A DNA stretch of 64,000 bases, taken from contig JACZUF010000008.1 of the NCBI GenBank assembly GCA_022573285.1, positions 9,962 through 73,961 of the forward strand, given 5' to 3'. A program made the position numbers and the translations under genes. A model generated the notes under the pieces. The model worked only from the letters and a program-made list of their open reading frames with translations, made no database searches and was not told the origin of the DNA. The stretch is from Chloroflexota bacterium (GTDB lineage: Bacteria; Chloroflexota; Dehalococcoidia; Lucifugimonadales; UBA3495). Shown here piece after piece: positions 37,570 through 47,404 of this stretch (positions are counted from its first letter, which is position 1; each line of letters starts with the position of its first letter).

Positions 37570-39600
37570 CTACGTGATCTTTTCGATCAGCGGGGTGACC
37601 TCCAGGAACACCGGAGCGAACACCAGAGACACGATGGCCATCAACTTCAACAGGATATTCAGCGACGGGCCGGAGGTGTCTTTGAAGGGGTCGCCAACGA
37701 CGTCTCCCTCCACCGCCGCCTTGTGGGCGTCCGAGCCCTTGCCGCCGTAGTGGCCCAATTCCACGTATTTCTTGGCGTTGTCCCACGCGCCGCCGGCCGT
37801 GGCCATCATGATGGCCAGCATGAACCCAGACCCCACCGCGCCGATTAGCATGCCGCCCAAGGCCTCAACCCCCAAGATGAAGCCGGTGGCCAGGGGCGCC
37901 GCCACCGCCATCAGGCCGGGGACAATCATCTCCTTCAGCGCACCTTTGGTGGCGATGTCCACACATTGGTTGTAATCGGGATCGGCGGTCCCCTCCATCA
38001 GACCGGGTATCTCCCGGAACTGGCGGCGTATCTCTTCCACGATGGACATTGCCGCGCGGCCCACGGCCTTCATGGTGAAGGCCGAGAACAGGAATGGCAG
38101 CATGGCGCCGAAGAGAATACCCACGATGGTCGTGTGTTGCAACAGGTTGATCGTGTCGATATTGGCCGCGATGGCGAAGGCCGCCAACAGCGCCAGCGAG
38201 GTCAATGCGGCCGAGCCGATGGCAAATCCCTTGCCGGTGGCCGCCGTGGTGTTGCCCAAGGCGTCCAGGGCGTCGGTGCGTTGCCTTACCTCGGGGTCGA
38301 GTTGGGCCTGCTCGGCGATGCCCCCAGCGTTGTCGGCCACGGGACCGTAGGCGTCGGTGGCCAGTGTGATGCCCAAGGTGGACAGAAGGCCCACCCCGGC
38401 CAGGGCGACCCCGTAGAAGCCGGCCAATTCGAAGGCGATGATTATGGTGAAGCCCACCGCGACCAAGGGAACCACCGTGCTGATCATGCCGGTGGCGATA
38501 CCGCTGATCATCACCGTCGCGGCGCCGGTCTGCGAAGACTCCGCTATCTGCTGGGTCGGGCCGTAGTCGTAGGAGGTGTAGTACTCAGTGGACAGGCCGA
38601 TTATGATGCCTGCCACTAGACCCGTGATGATCGCCCAGAACCATACGAACTCCATGTCCATGGTGATGGTAATCACCAAGGCGAAAACCGCCAGCAAGAC
38701 CGCAGCGGTAAAGATGCCCCGCCGCAGCGCCCACAATAGCTGTCCGAAAGAGGCCTGTTCGCCGCTCCGCACCACAAAGGTGCCCAATATGGAGGCCACG
38801 ATCCCGGCGCCGGCCAGCATCAGGGGCAAGACCGCCTTGTTGCCATCCCAAGCGACGGCTGCACCAGCGGTGGCCAGAGCGATGGCGGCGATGATCGAAC
38901 TCACGTAGGACTCGAACAGATCGGCCCCCATCCCGGCTACGTCGCCCACGTTGTCACCCACGTTGTCGGCAATAACTCCCGGGTTCCGCGGGTCGTCTTC
39001 GGGGATGCCCGCTTCGATCTTTCCGACCAGGTCGCTGCCCACATCGGCGGCCTTGGTGAAGATTCCTCCGCCGACCCTGGCAAACAGCGCTATCGAACTG
39101 GCGCCAAATCCGAATCCGGCCACCACCGTGATGTTCTGGAAGATCATGTAGAGGATCGTCACGCCCAACAGCCCGATGCCCACTACGGTGATGCCCATGA
39201 CCGAGCCGCTGGAGAAGGCGATCCGCAGGGCCGGGTTGAGCCCGTGCATGGCTGCGGCAGCGGTCCGCACGTTGGCCCTAACGGCAACGCTCATGCCGAT
39301 GAATCCGGCGGTGGCCGAGCAGAGCGTGCCCGCCAGATAGGCGATGGCCGTCTCCGGGACCTTGTTATCCAGGGTCCACCAATCGATCAGCGCCCAGAGC
39401 CCGGCGGCCACCACGATGACGAATGGAGCCAGAACCATGTATTCCCGGCGCAAGAATGTCCCAGAGCCATCGCGTATCGCGTCGCCAATGGCCCGCATGC
39501 GCTGGTTTCCGGGGTCAGCGCGCAGCACCAGGATGGCGGTGATAGCAGCAAATAAAAGGGCAACGCCGCCTGCGGCGAGGGCAACGATGATGGATTCCAT
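37570..39600 (-). CDS. hppA: Membrane-bound ion-translocating pyrophosphatase
   Basis: 676-aa polytopic protein with ...DNVGDNVGDVAGMGADLFESY... and ...GNTTAATGKGFAIGSA.... The Ala in GNTT(A/K)A suggests the K+-dependent subfamily (recalled rule). Confidence 0.9.
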   Translation of the reverse strand: MESIIVALAAGGVALLFAAITAILVLRADPGNQRMRAIGDAIRDGSGTFLRREYMVLAPFVIVVAAGLWALIDWWTLDNKVPETAIAYLAGTLCSATAGFIGMSVAVRANVRTAAAAMHGLNPALRIAFSSGSVMGITVVGIGLLGVTILYMIFQNITVVAGFGFGASSIALFARVGGGIFTKAADVGSDLVGKIEAGIPEDDPRNPGVIADNVGDNVGDVAGMGADLFESYVSSIIAAIALATAGAAVAWDGNKAVLPLMLAGAGIVASILGTFVVRSGEQASFGQLLWALRRGIFTAAVLLAVFALVITITMDMEFVWFWAIITGLVAGIIIGLSTEYYTSYDYGPTQQIAESSQTGAATVMISGIATGMISTVVPLVAVGFTIIIAFELAGFYGVALAGVGLLSTLGITLATDAYGPVADNAGGIAEQAQLDPEVRQRTDALDALGNTTAATGKGFAIGSAALTSLALLAAFAIAANIDTINLLQHTTIVGILFGAMLPFLFSAFTMKAVGRAAMSIVEEIRRQFREIPGLMEGTADPDYNQCVDIATKGALKEMIVPGLMAVAAPLATGFILGVEALGGMLIGAVGSGFMLAIMMATAGGAWDNAKKYVELGHYGGKGSDAHKAAVEGDVVGDPFKDTSGPSLNILLKLMAIVSLVFAPVFLEVTPLIEKIT

Positions 39601-39797
39601 GAAGAGACTCTCTTAAAGGGACAGGTGTGGCCCGTATTTCTATTAGAAACCGGCCTGTTTTTAGGCGTGCGCAACTTATCATATACCCCTAGGGGTGTCA
39701 AGAGGATTTAGACGCCGCATACGCCTGGTTCGCACGCGTCTCGCCGCGACTCGGCAGCCATCCGGTGGCGCCCGTGCCGGTGGGATTACCGGACACT

Positions 39798-41057
39798 TTA
39801 CCGGTTGGTTTTAGGGTTGTAGATCTCGATATCCGGGAAGGCGATGGCCACCGCGAACCAGAGTGACCGGCGGGTGCTCACCCGGTCCAAGCGGCTGCCC
39901 GTCAAAGGCCCGTCTTGGGCCCGGCCGGCAAAGTCCCAGGTGCTTCCGGTCTCCCGGTCGACAAAAGCCCCGTCTTCCTCCCGGTAATCAAAGGTCAGCG
40001 CCTGTCCCCCTATAGCACCGGAGGCCGGAGGACCAGGCGACGGGGAACGGGAGAACGCGCCCACCGACCGGCCGCCCGAGGTCGTAAACACGACGATTGG
40101 CAGTCCGCCTACTTCCGCGTTCACCGCGCCGTCGCCAATGACCCCCAAGGGGAACGCGGTAACGCGGCCGCCGGTCTCCACCGTCAGCACGATCTCACCG
40201 GCGGAGAGCCGTCCGTCGAGTTTGTCTTCGTCCACCGGAAAGGCGAACTGCCCGCGGTTGATACGGTCTTGATACCCGGCGCCGAAGCCGCTGGCGTAAC
40301 GCGCCGCGGTAAAAAGGGACCGTCGTCCCTCGGTCCCGGTGATTAGTAGGGTGCCGGGATGCAGCCCCTTCCAGTCTCCCCAGGGCATGGTTGCCGAAGG
40401 CAACGGCTTCAGGCGCGACCCGGTCAGGGTCCCAACCACGGCCTCCCCGGCCACCTGGAACCAGTAGGACCCGGTCTGGTGGTCGTACATCACCAAATCC
40501 GACTGATATAAGGCGCTGGTGTTGCCGAAGGTTAGGGTCTCGCCGCCAACGTCCCGGCTGAAAACCACGCCGCTGAAGCACAGGGGACAGTAGGTGATCA
40601 GGACCGGAACGCCGCCGATGGTGTCGTTGACGATCTCGTGAAAGTTGAGGACCTTTATGGGAAAGGCAAAGGCCTCGGCGCCCGACTCGTACCCGATGAT
40701 TAAATCGTCGTCGGTCAACCACGGCAGCGCGTCTGAGCCGCCGTATGCCGGTCGGCCCACCGGCATGATGGCGTCCCGGAGGCCGGTTTGCAGTTCGTCC
40801 GAGATCTCGCTCAGGGGCACGAATCGGGCTCTGGTCCTGCCGAAAGTGTCGAAGAGGATGTCCGCAAGGGGCACGCTGTGGATGCTCCGGTCCAGGTCCG
40901 GAACACTTTGCGGCGCCACGGCAGAGCCTTCCGGTGTGCCTGATTGCGTGGCCGCGCCTGTTTGCGCCGCAGTTGGGCCGGCTCCGCCACAGGCGACTGC
41001 CAGGGCCAACAGCCCTGCTGCGAGTGCGGTCCAACGGTTTATCCTTAACCGCTTCAC
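39798..41057 (-). CDS. DUF3179 domain-containing lipoprotein
   Basis: Signal peptide plus lipobox (LALAVACGG). ...EIVNDTIGGVPVLITYCPLCFSGVVFSR...LTFGNTSALYQSDLVMYDHQTGSYWFQ is the DUF3179 core as I recall it. Confidence 0.7.
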   Translation of the reverse strand: MKRLRINRWTALAAGLLALAVACGGAGPTAAQTGAATQSGTPEGSAVAPQSVPDLDRSIHSVPLADILFDTFGRTRARFVPLSEISDELQTGLRDAIMPVGRPAYGGSDALPWLTDDDLIIGYESGAEAFAFPIKVLNFHEIVNDTIGGVPVLITYCPLCFSGVVFSRDVGGETLTFGNTSALYQSDLVMYDHQTGSYWFQVAGEAVVGTLTGSRLKPLPSATMPWGDWKGLHPGTLLITGTEGRRSLFTAARYASGFGAGYQDRINRGQFAFPVDEDKLDGRLSAGEIVLTVETGGRVTAFPLGVIGDGAVNAEVGGLPIVVFTTSGGRSVGAFSRSPSPGPPASGAIGGQALTFDYREEDGAFVDRETGSTWDFAGRAQDGPLTGSRLDRVSTRRSLWFAVAIAFPDIEIYNPKTNR

Positions 41058-41163
41058 GAGGCGGCCTCTGCTCGAAAATCAAGTTACAGTTATTAGTTCG
41101 ATGCCGCCAACCGTCATTCGGATACACTCCGCCGTTCCAGACTCATTCCAAGGATCGTATCCG

Positions 41164-41194
41164 TTGCCTGTTAGCATGAACCCAATGCTATAAT
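41164..41194 (+). promoter_or_regulatory. Candidate sigma70-type promoter with extended -10 (TGcTATAAT)
   Basis: TATAAT at 41189-41194 preceded by TGc. TTGCCT at 41164-41169 (19-nt spacer). About 78 nt upstream of ATG 41272. Confidence 0.4.
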
Positions 41195-41271
41195 GCGGCG
41201 CGGGCGGGGCCCGCGTGCCGATGCCACCCGGCCCCGTCCAGAATAGCAGTCCAGATCGAAGGAATTGTTCC

Positions 41272-42564
41272 ATGTTTATCGGATACTTCACTGAACGGCC
41301 TTACCAAGACCCCGAGTCGGGATTCTTCGGCGCCACGGGCAAGCCCATCAAGGACTTGACCCTCAGCAACGGCTCGTATAACCCCGAACTGGGCGCTAAT
41401 CTGTACAACCGCTATCTGGACGAGAAGATCTACGCCGAGGAGATGGGCTTCGACGGCCTGGTGCTGAACGAGCACCACAGCACCCCGTTCTGCATGGGCG
41501 GCGCGATGAACGTCGAAGCTTCCATCCTGGCCCGCATCACCAAACGGGCGAAGATTGTCCTCTTGGGCAATATTCTGCCGATCTGGGACGACCCTCTATG
41601 GCTGGTCGAGCAACTCGCCATGATCGACCTCATCTCCCATGGCCGCCTGGTCTCGGGATGGGTCCGGGGCACCGGGCGCGAAAGCGTGGCCCACAACTCG
41701 CCGCCGCCCTACAACTGGGAACGGTTCAAAGAAGCCCACGAGTTCATCATCAAGGCCTGGACCACTCCCGGCCCCTTCCGCTGGGAGGGCAAGCACTACC
41801 AGTACCGCCACGTAAACCCCTGGGTCCGCCCTTACCAGAAGCCGCATCCGCAGATCTGGCTCCCCGGCGTGGTCAGCCGCGACTCGCTGATGTGGGCCGC
41901 CGAGCAGCGCATCCCCTACATCATGCTCTCAACCGAGATGGAACCCACCCGGCAGGCGTTCCAGCTATACCACGACGCCGCAGCCGAGCAGGGATATGAG
42001 TCCGGCCCTCAGAACCTCGGTTATCTATGGAAGGTCCATGTGGACGAGACCGAGGAATTGGCCGAGCAGACCGCCCGAAAATTCATCCAGGGTCCCAGCA
42101 ATCCATTCTTGGCGGGCAACGAAGGCACCATGAACCCGGCCCTACTCGCCCTGCCGGGGCTATCCTCCCGCCACCGGGTGCTGCCCACCCAGTCAGTGGC
42201 CACCGCAGCCCGGGGCGGAGCGGGCGGCGTCCTGGGCCGGCCCTTCGAACAGCAGATCAAGGACTACACCATCATCACCGGGACTCCCAAGACCGTGATC
42301 CCCAAGATCCGCCACGTCCTGGAGTACATCCGGCCCGGCAGCGTGTTCTTCTGGGACGGCGACGGCGCCATGACCCACGACGACGCCATGCGCAGCCTGA
42401 GGCTCATGGGCGAAGAGGTCATACCCGCGGTCCGCGAGATCGCCGACGACCTGGAACTGCCCGGCTCCTTCGAGGTGGACACGGCCACCGGCAAACCCAT
42501 CGAAGAATCCCCAGAGACACCGCAGGCCCCGTTGGTTGCCGAAGACAGCCAAAGCCAGGACTAG
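41272..42564 (+). CDS. Luciferase-like (LLM class) flavin-dependent oxidoreductase
   Basis: MFIGYFTERPYQD...AEEMGFDGLVLNEHHSTPFCMGG...LLGNILPIWDDP... LLM pattern. ATG 41272 is used rather than GTG 41215. Confidence 0.8.
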   Translation: MFIGYFTERPYQDPESGFFGATGKPIKDLTLSNGSYNPELGANLYNRYLDEKIYAEEMGFDGLVLNEHHSTPFCMGGAMNVEASILARITKRAKIVLLGNILPIWDDPLWLVEQLAMIDLISHGRLVSGWVRGTGRESVAHNSPPPYNWERFKEAHEFIIKAWTTPGPFRWEGKHYQYRHVNPWVRPYQKPHPQIWLPGVVSRDSLMWAAEQRIPYIMLSTEMEPTRQAFQLYHDAAAEQGYESGPQNLGYLWKVHVDETEELAEQTARKFIQGPSNPFLAGNEGTMNPALLALPGLSSRHRVLPTQSVATAARGGAGGVLGRPFEQQIKDYTIITGTPKTVIPKIRHVLEYIRPGSVFFWDGDGAMTHDDAMRSLRLMGEEVIPAVREIADDLELPGSFEVDTATGKPIEESPETPQAPLVAEDSQSQD

Positions 42565-42595
42565 TCCCGTACCGGCGTTCGCAACCAAGCGATCT

Positions 42596-42640
42596 GATCC
42601 CCCCTGGCTTAATCAAGAATGGCCAGGGGGATCTTTGATT
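42596..42640 (+). terminator. Rho-independent terminator after the LLM gene
   Basis: GATCCCCCCTGGC-loop-GCCAGGGGGATC followed by TTTGATTTG. Confidence 0.7.
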
Positions 42641-42688
42641 TGACCACCGGCTACCCACGGGCTACTCACCGGCGCATAATATGTCGCT

Positions 42689-44338
42689 ATGAACAACCAT
42701 GACGCGAGCGCGGACCTCAGCGCCGACGTTATCGTGATCGGAGGCGGTCCCGCCGGTAGCGCCGCGTCCACCATGCTGGCGCGCAAGGGCTGGCAGGTGA
42801 CGGTCTTGGAGCGGGAACGGTTCCCCAGGGACCATGTGGGGGAATCGTTGCTGCCTGCATCGATCCCGGTGCTGGAGGAGTTGGGCGCGCTGCCCGCCGT
42901 GGAAAGCGCCGGTTTCCTGCCCAAGTACGGGGCCACCATGGTCTGGGGCAGCGGCGACAGCCCATGGAGTTGGTACTTCAAAGAGACCAGCCAGCGTTAC
43001 CCCCATTCCTATCAGGTCTGGCGTCCTCAATTCGACCAGATCCTGCTGGACAACGCCAAGGCCCAAGGGGTCACCGTGCTGGAGGGCCACCAGGTTACCG
43101 GCGTTATCTTCGACGATGGGGAAGCGGTCGGAGTGGAGTTCACCAACGGCGAGGGCGTCTCCGGTGAGGCGCAATGCCGTTTCGTAGTCGATGCCAGCGG
43201 ACAGTCGACGCTGCTGGCGCGCCGCCTAAAGTTGAAACAGTGGGACCCATTCTTCCAGAACCTGGCGGTGTACGCCTACTTCACCGGGGCCCAACCGCTG
43301 CCCGAGCCCGACCAGAACAACATCTTCATCGTGTCCTATCAGCACGGTTGGCTCTGGAGCATTCCGCTGCATACCGGGCGCACCAGCGTCGGCGCGGTGG
43401 TGGACGCCAAGACCGGGCAGGAAGGCATCCAACGCAACGGCGCCAAGGCGTTCTTGGAAGCCCAGTTGGCCCAGAGCGGCCACCTGCAGGTCATGCTGGA
43501 GAACGCCAAGATGGACTCTGAGCCCACCGTGGTGCGGGACTGGTCCTACACCGCCGAAAAGATGTTCGGGCCCGGCTACATCCTGGCCGGAGACGCCGCC
43601 TGTTTCGTCGATCCGTTATTCTCTTCCGGGGTCCATCTTGCGCTGATGTCCGGGGTGCTGGCGGCGGCCTACGTGACCACGGCTCTCAACGACCCGTCGA
43701 TGGCCGGCGAAGCCGGTCAGGTGTACCAGGAACTGTACCTGCAAGAGTACAACCAGTTCCGCGAGATGGCCCGGCTGTTCTACTCCAGCAACCTCTCCGC
43801 CGAGTCCTATTTCTGGGAGGCCCGGCGCATCACCAACAGCGGCGAGTACTCGCCGCGCCACAGCTTCATACAGGCGGTGGCGGGACAGCCGCCGCGGGGC
43901 TACGAGCGGGTGGTGTTGGACCGGGGCCAAGCGCCGGAAGAATTCATCGAGAGCGTCCGCACCGTGGAATCGGAACGCCGGTCCCGGACCCAATGGTTGG
44001 CCGCCCTGGCCGCCGATCCCCAGCGCAACCAGGTGCTAAACGCGGTCCCCCGCCTGGCCGAGGGCGTGCAGGTCCAGCGCAAACCGGTGCTGGCCGAGGG
44101 GGAATTCGTCCAGGGACATGTGCTGAACACCGTCTCCCAACCGGAGGGCACGCCTTGCAGCCCCCTGGTGGCCGCCGTAATCGGCGCGGTTGACGGTCAG
44201 AAGTCCGTCGCCGACATCGTGGACGGTCTGGGACAGCATCTGGACCAAGCCGGTCACGCCCAGCTCGAAGAAGCCGTTTCCCGCACTATCGAGATACTCT
44301 ACGTCGACGGCACCGTGGCCGGGCTGGTCACGGAGTGA
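42689..44338 (+). CDS. Flavin-dependent halogenase-like FAD enzyme with C-terminal PqqD/RRE-like extension
   Basis: DVIVIGGGPAGSAAS (GxGxxG), LPKYGAT (conserved Lys region), HGWLWSIPL (WxWxIP), FVDPLFSSGVHLAL (Fx.Px.Sx.G). The last ~100 aa contain ...SPLVAAVIGAVDGQKSVADIVDGLGQHL...EEAVSRTIEILYVDGTV.... Confidence 0.7.
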   Translation: MNNHDASADLSADVIVIGGGPAGSAASTMLARKGWQVTVLERERFPRDHVGESLLPASIPVLEELGALPAVESAGFLPKYGATMVWGSGDSPWSWYFKETSQRYPHSYQVWRPQFDQILLDNAKAQGVTVLEGHQVTGVIFDDGEAVGVEFTNGEGVSGEAQCRFVVDASGQSTLLARRLKLKQWDPFFQNLAVYAYFTGAQPLPEPDQNNIFIVSYQHGWLWSIPLHTGRTSVGAVVDAKTGQEGIQRNGAKAFLEAQLAQSGHLQVMLENAKMDSEPTVVRDWSYTAEKMFGPGYILAGDAACFVDPLFSSGVHLALMSGVLAAAYVTTALNDPSMAGEAGQVYQELYLQEYNQFREMARLFYSSNLSAESYFWEARRITNSGEYSPRHSFIQAVAGQPPRGYERVVLDRGQAPEEFIESVRTVESERRSRTQWLAALAADPQRNQVLNAVPRLAEGVQVQRKPVLAEGEFVQGHVLNTVSQPEGTPCSPLVAAVIGAVDGQKSVADIVDGLGQHLDQAGHAQLEEAVSRTIEILYVDGTVAGLVTE

Positions 44339-44394
44339 GCGGGCAATGCCCGTTCCTCTTTCGTCCGTTCTTCTTTCTTGTAGGATACGAGTCC

Positions 44395-44480
44395 AGAGTC
44401 AGGGCGGGTTTGAAACCCGCCCCTACGTCCATAAAAGGGGATTAAAAAGTCCGTTCGTCCTGAGCTTGTCGAAGGACCCA
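44395..44480. repeat. REP-like elements (GGGCGGGTTTGAAACCCGCCCCTAC plus CCGTTCGTCCTGAGCTTGTCGAAGGAC)
   Basis: 44402-44426 is the inverted form of the 37401-37425 hairpin. 44451-44477 is a second repeat type. It translates as ...FVLSLSKD..., a peptide I recall from spurious ORFs, here seen in the 44190..44507 track ORF. Confidence 0.65.
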
Positions 44481-44516
44481 TATCAGTCAGCAAACCAGCA
44501 AAAATAGAAGGGGACC

Positions 44517-45368
44517 ATGGCGACCAAGCAGATACCCACGGAAGAACAGGTGATCGGTTGGATGGACTCGCTCAGCAACTGGGGACGCTGGGGCGACGAC
44601 GACCAGATGGGCACTCTGAACCTGATTACCGACGCCAAACGGGCCCAGGCGGCCGGCCTGGTGAAAGAGGGCATCAGCGTCACCTGTTCCCGGCTGATCG
44701 TCCCGGAGCACGCCGCCGATGTCACATCGATCCCACCTCTGCACTACATGATCCGGGCCGGCGACACGGTCCCCGCCCAGGGTGGCGGCGGGACCTCCGA
44801 CTTCCTGGGATTCTCTTACCACGGTCTGACCATCACCCACATAGACGCGCTGTGCCACCAGGCCTGGAACGGCAAGCTCTACAACGGCAAGGACGCGTCC
44901 TTGGTCGGCAGCGAGACCAAGGCCACGGTGCTGGACATCGACCGGGCCCAGAACGGCATCATCACCCGGGGCGTCATGTTGGACATCGCCAAGGTGCGCG
45001 GCGTCGACTGGCTGGAGGCCGGCGAAGGCGTGTTCACCGAGGACCTGGAAGCCGCCGAGAAGGCTCAGGGCGTCCGGTTGGAAGAGGGCGACGCCCTGAT
45101 GCTGCGGCTGGGCTGGTACAAACGGCGGCTGGAGAAGGGCGCCCCCGCATCGGGCCGGCCCGGTCTCCACGCCGAAACCTTGCCGTGGCTGAAAGAGCGC
45201 GGCATCTCGATCGTCGGCATGGGACTATGGCTGATAGACGCCGCCAACTGCGAGGAACTGGCGGCAGTCTGCGAACGCCTGAACCGCTACGAGTTCATGT
45301 TCATCGTGGCCCCGCGGCGGTTCAAGAACGCCACCGGCTCCCCCACCAATCCCCTGGCCCTCTTCTAG
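44517..45368 (+). CDS. Putative cyclase family protein (kynurenine-formamidase-like fold)
   Basis: ...WGRWGDDDQMGTLNLIT... and ...SYHGLTITHIDALCH... resemble the HxGTHxDxPxH region of cyclase-family proteins. 283 aa. Confidence 0.7.
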   Translation: MATKQIPTEEQVIGWMDSLSNWGRWGDDDQMGTLNLITDAKRAQAAGLVKEGISVTCSRLIVPEHAADVTSIPPLHYMIRAGDTVPAQGGGGTSDFLGFSYHGLTITHIDALCHQAWNGKLYNGKDASLVGSETKATVLDIDRAQNGIITRGVMLDIAKVRGVDWLEAGEGVFTEDLEAAEKAQGVRLEEGDALMLRLGWYKRRLEKGAPASGRPGLHAETLPWLKERGISIVGMGLWLIDAANCEELAAVCERLNRYEFMFIVAPRRFKNATGSPTNPLALF

Positions 45369-45391
45369 GCCACCGGCCCGCCGGAGTAAAG

Positions 45392-45425
45392 AAGGGCTGC
45401 GGGTTTGACCCGCAGCCCTTTTTTG
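45392..45425 (+). terminator. Rho-independent terminator after the cyclase gene
   Basis: GGGCTGCGGG-tttga-CCCGCAGCCC followed by TTTTTTG. Confidence 0.8.
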
Positions 45426-45999
45426 TTTGGTCACCCTGCAAGTCGAGGTTTTGCAAAGAGTCCCCGTATATTTCTGCGATTTGGATCCGTATTGGGGAAG
45501 ACTTGGTCACCATGACGGATAGCTCTGCACAAAGGCGTCATCAACCGGGTTTGTAGCAGCCCAACAGCACGGCATTTAATAGACGTGAAGTTTCGTGACG
45601 ATTCCCCAGTCCTGGCATAGGTCCTTCGCTACGCTTACCATAGTCCGGAGATTGCGGTTCCCTCATTCCTCATAGCCTTGTCACCACGTTTTTGATAAAC
45701 TCCGCGGCCCCGCGGATATTCTCGTCCTGGACTCCACCGTGCCCTCCGCCAACAGACTCTTAGCCTTACCGTTTGACAAGTAACTTCCTTTTATGGTTAT
45801 ATCCTGACCTAAATAGTAAGGAAGCCGCCGATCACATAATGATCTCTGGACTCTTAGGCTGAAAGTTGCATCGCGTCATCTACTGTCAAAGCGCTTCGAG
45901 TAAATCTCGCCCGGCACTGACGAATAGCAGGAGGGGCGCTGTACTACCGATTTGTTGGCCTTGCATGAAGTCTGAACAACGACAATGCTAGGGGAAAAG

Positions 46000-47334
46000 A
46001 TGAAACAGGACAACGCAGGAATCAGCGGGAGATTTACGATTATCGCCATATCATTGTCGTTGGCGATAGGCATTTTTATGTCCTTAATGTTGCTCGGCAC
46101 CGTTTCAGCGAAGTCTGGATCTGACGCCACTTCCCAACTCGCTTTTTCGACGATAATGGCCAAGTTGACCGCCAACCAGGTATTGGAGAACCCCAGATCC
46201 AGCGCCACGCAGGCGAAGGTAACGACTGCCCCCACCGGATCGGCCACAGTCAAGGTTCCATTACTGTTTGAATTCACACTTAGTGTCACTGGAGCATCGG
46301 TGGCGTCTGTTCCTGTAACCGTGCTTGATACTCCACTTGGTGAACTAGGCGCTTACCAACTTAAGGTGAGCTACAATCCTGCCGTTATTCGGGCCACCAG
46401 CGTCTTGGGAGGCGCCTCACCGTTCGACGGAATAACCGCATTCAACGTCACGAGCCCAGTGACCGGAACCGAAGTTGTGGAATGGAACCATTTCCAAGGC
46501 GGGTCTGTGACCGTCCCAGCCTCAATCGACGTGGCGAATATTGTTTTTACTGCGGTAGGCGCGGCAGGAGAATGCAGCACCCTAGACCTAACGATAGTTG
46601 AACTGGTGGACAATTCCGCGGTATCTATCCCCAGCGTTGCGGAAGACGGCCAAGTCTGCCTTTTGGAGGCCTTCGCGAACGCCGAAACTTCCCTAATCGG
46701 GACTCAGGATGGAGACGACGCGGCCTTGCCTACAGGCGTTAAAGCAACGATTGACCAAATCAAGGATGCGGGATCTGGCGATCCCTTGCCTGGACGGCTG
46801 ATCGGAAGTTATAAGGCTGCACTCACCTTCCCCGCCTCCCTAGCCGAAGCCACTGATTGCCGGCTCAAGTCTCCTATTGACCAGAGCCCTACTAATTGCT
46901 CGATCAGTGCGGGCCTTGTCCAGCTTCAAGCCACGGCCGGCGTCACCGGCTCAGGGGTAACGGCGCCCATTGATCCATTGGCTTTCGTTGCGCTGCGGCT
47001 GATAGGTGCGAACAACTCGTTCACCACCGTGAACCTAAACTTTACGGAGATCAAGGATGACCTCGGAAATCTAATGCCTCAAATTTCTCCCCCAGACACC
47101 CGAACATTCCTGAGAGGTGATGCTCTGGCCGACGGCGGCATCTCGATAGGCGATGCGCTCTTCATCGGACAACACCTCGTGGCGGCTCGCCCCGTCGGGG
47201 AAGGTCCGGGTGAGGTTAACCCGGTCAATGCTGGAAGTGTGAAACACGACTCACCAAACGACTTTATCAGCCTCGCAGATGCGATTCTGATCGCCCAATT
47301 CTTGGTTGGTAACGTCGATGAGTTGTTCCAGTAG
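46000..47334 (+). CDS. Secreted protein with two cohesin-like domains and a C-terminal dockerin-like module
   Basis: Signal peptide/anchor (IIAISLSLAIGIFMSLMLLGTVSA). LGAYQLKVSYNPAVIRATSVLGG...IVFTAVGAAGECSTLDL... is a cohesin-type pattern, present twice. C-terminal GDALADGGISIGDALFIGQHLV ... NDFISLADAILIAQFLVG looks like a duplicated dockerin F-hand. Confidence 0.7.
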   Translation: MKQDNAGISGRFTIIAISLSLAIGIFMSLMLLGTVSAKSGSDATSQLAFSTIMAKLTANQVLENPRSSATQAKVTTAPTGSATVKVPLLFEFTLSVTGASVASVPVTVLDTPLGELGAYQLKVSYNPAVIRATSVLGGASPFDGITAFNVTSPVTGTEVVEWNHFQGGSVTVPASIDVANIVFTAVGAAGECSTLDLTIVELVDNSAVSIPSVAEDGQVCLLEAFANAETSLIGTQDGDDAALPTGVKATIDQIKDAGSGDPLPGRLIGSYKAALTFPASLAEATDCRLKSPIDQSPTNCSISAGLVQLQATAGVTGSGVTAPIDPLAFVALRLIGANNSFTTVNLNFTEIKDDLGNLMPQISPPDTRTFLRGDALADGGISIGDALFIGQHLVAARPVGEGPGEVNPVNAGSVKHDSPNDFISLADAILIAQFLVGNVDELFQ

Positions 47335-47404
47335 GGATAAAGGGTACTCAGCCACGTAGTGTAAAGGCTGAAGCACCGGACCCATTCACTACCAAGACTA
47401 GAAG

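Noticed and set aside
37088-37577. Track ORFs 37088..37288 (minus) and 37386..37577 (plus) as small proteins. Likewise 44190..44507 (plus), 22454..22734 (minus) and 5464..5796 (minus).
   Set aside because: They are built almost entirely from REP/MITE-like palindromic repeats, and their peptides are the typical repeat translations. No RBS support.
45426-45999. Possible small RNA, tRNA or integrase-attachment remnant in the ~570-nt non-coding leader of the cohesin island. A TTGACA box lies near 45773.
   Set aside because: I could not recognise a tRNA cloverleaf (no GTTCGAATC-type T-arm), direct repeats flanking the island, or any conserved RNA motif. The promoter-like hexamers have poor spacing. 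Left as part of the island description.
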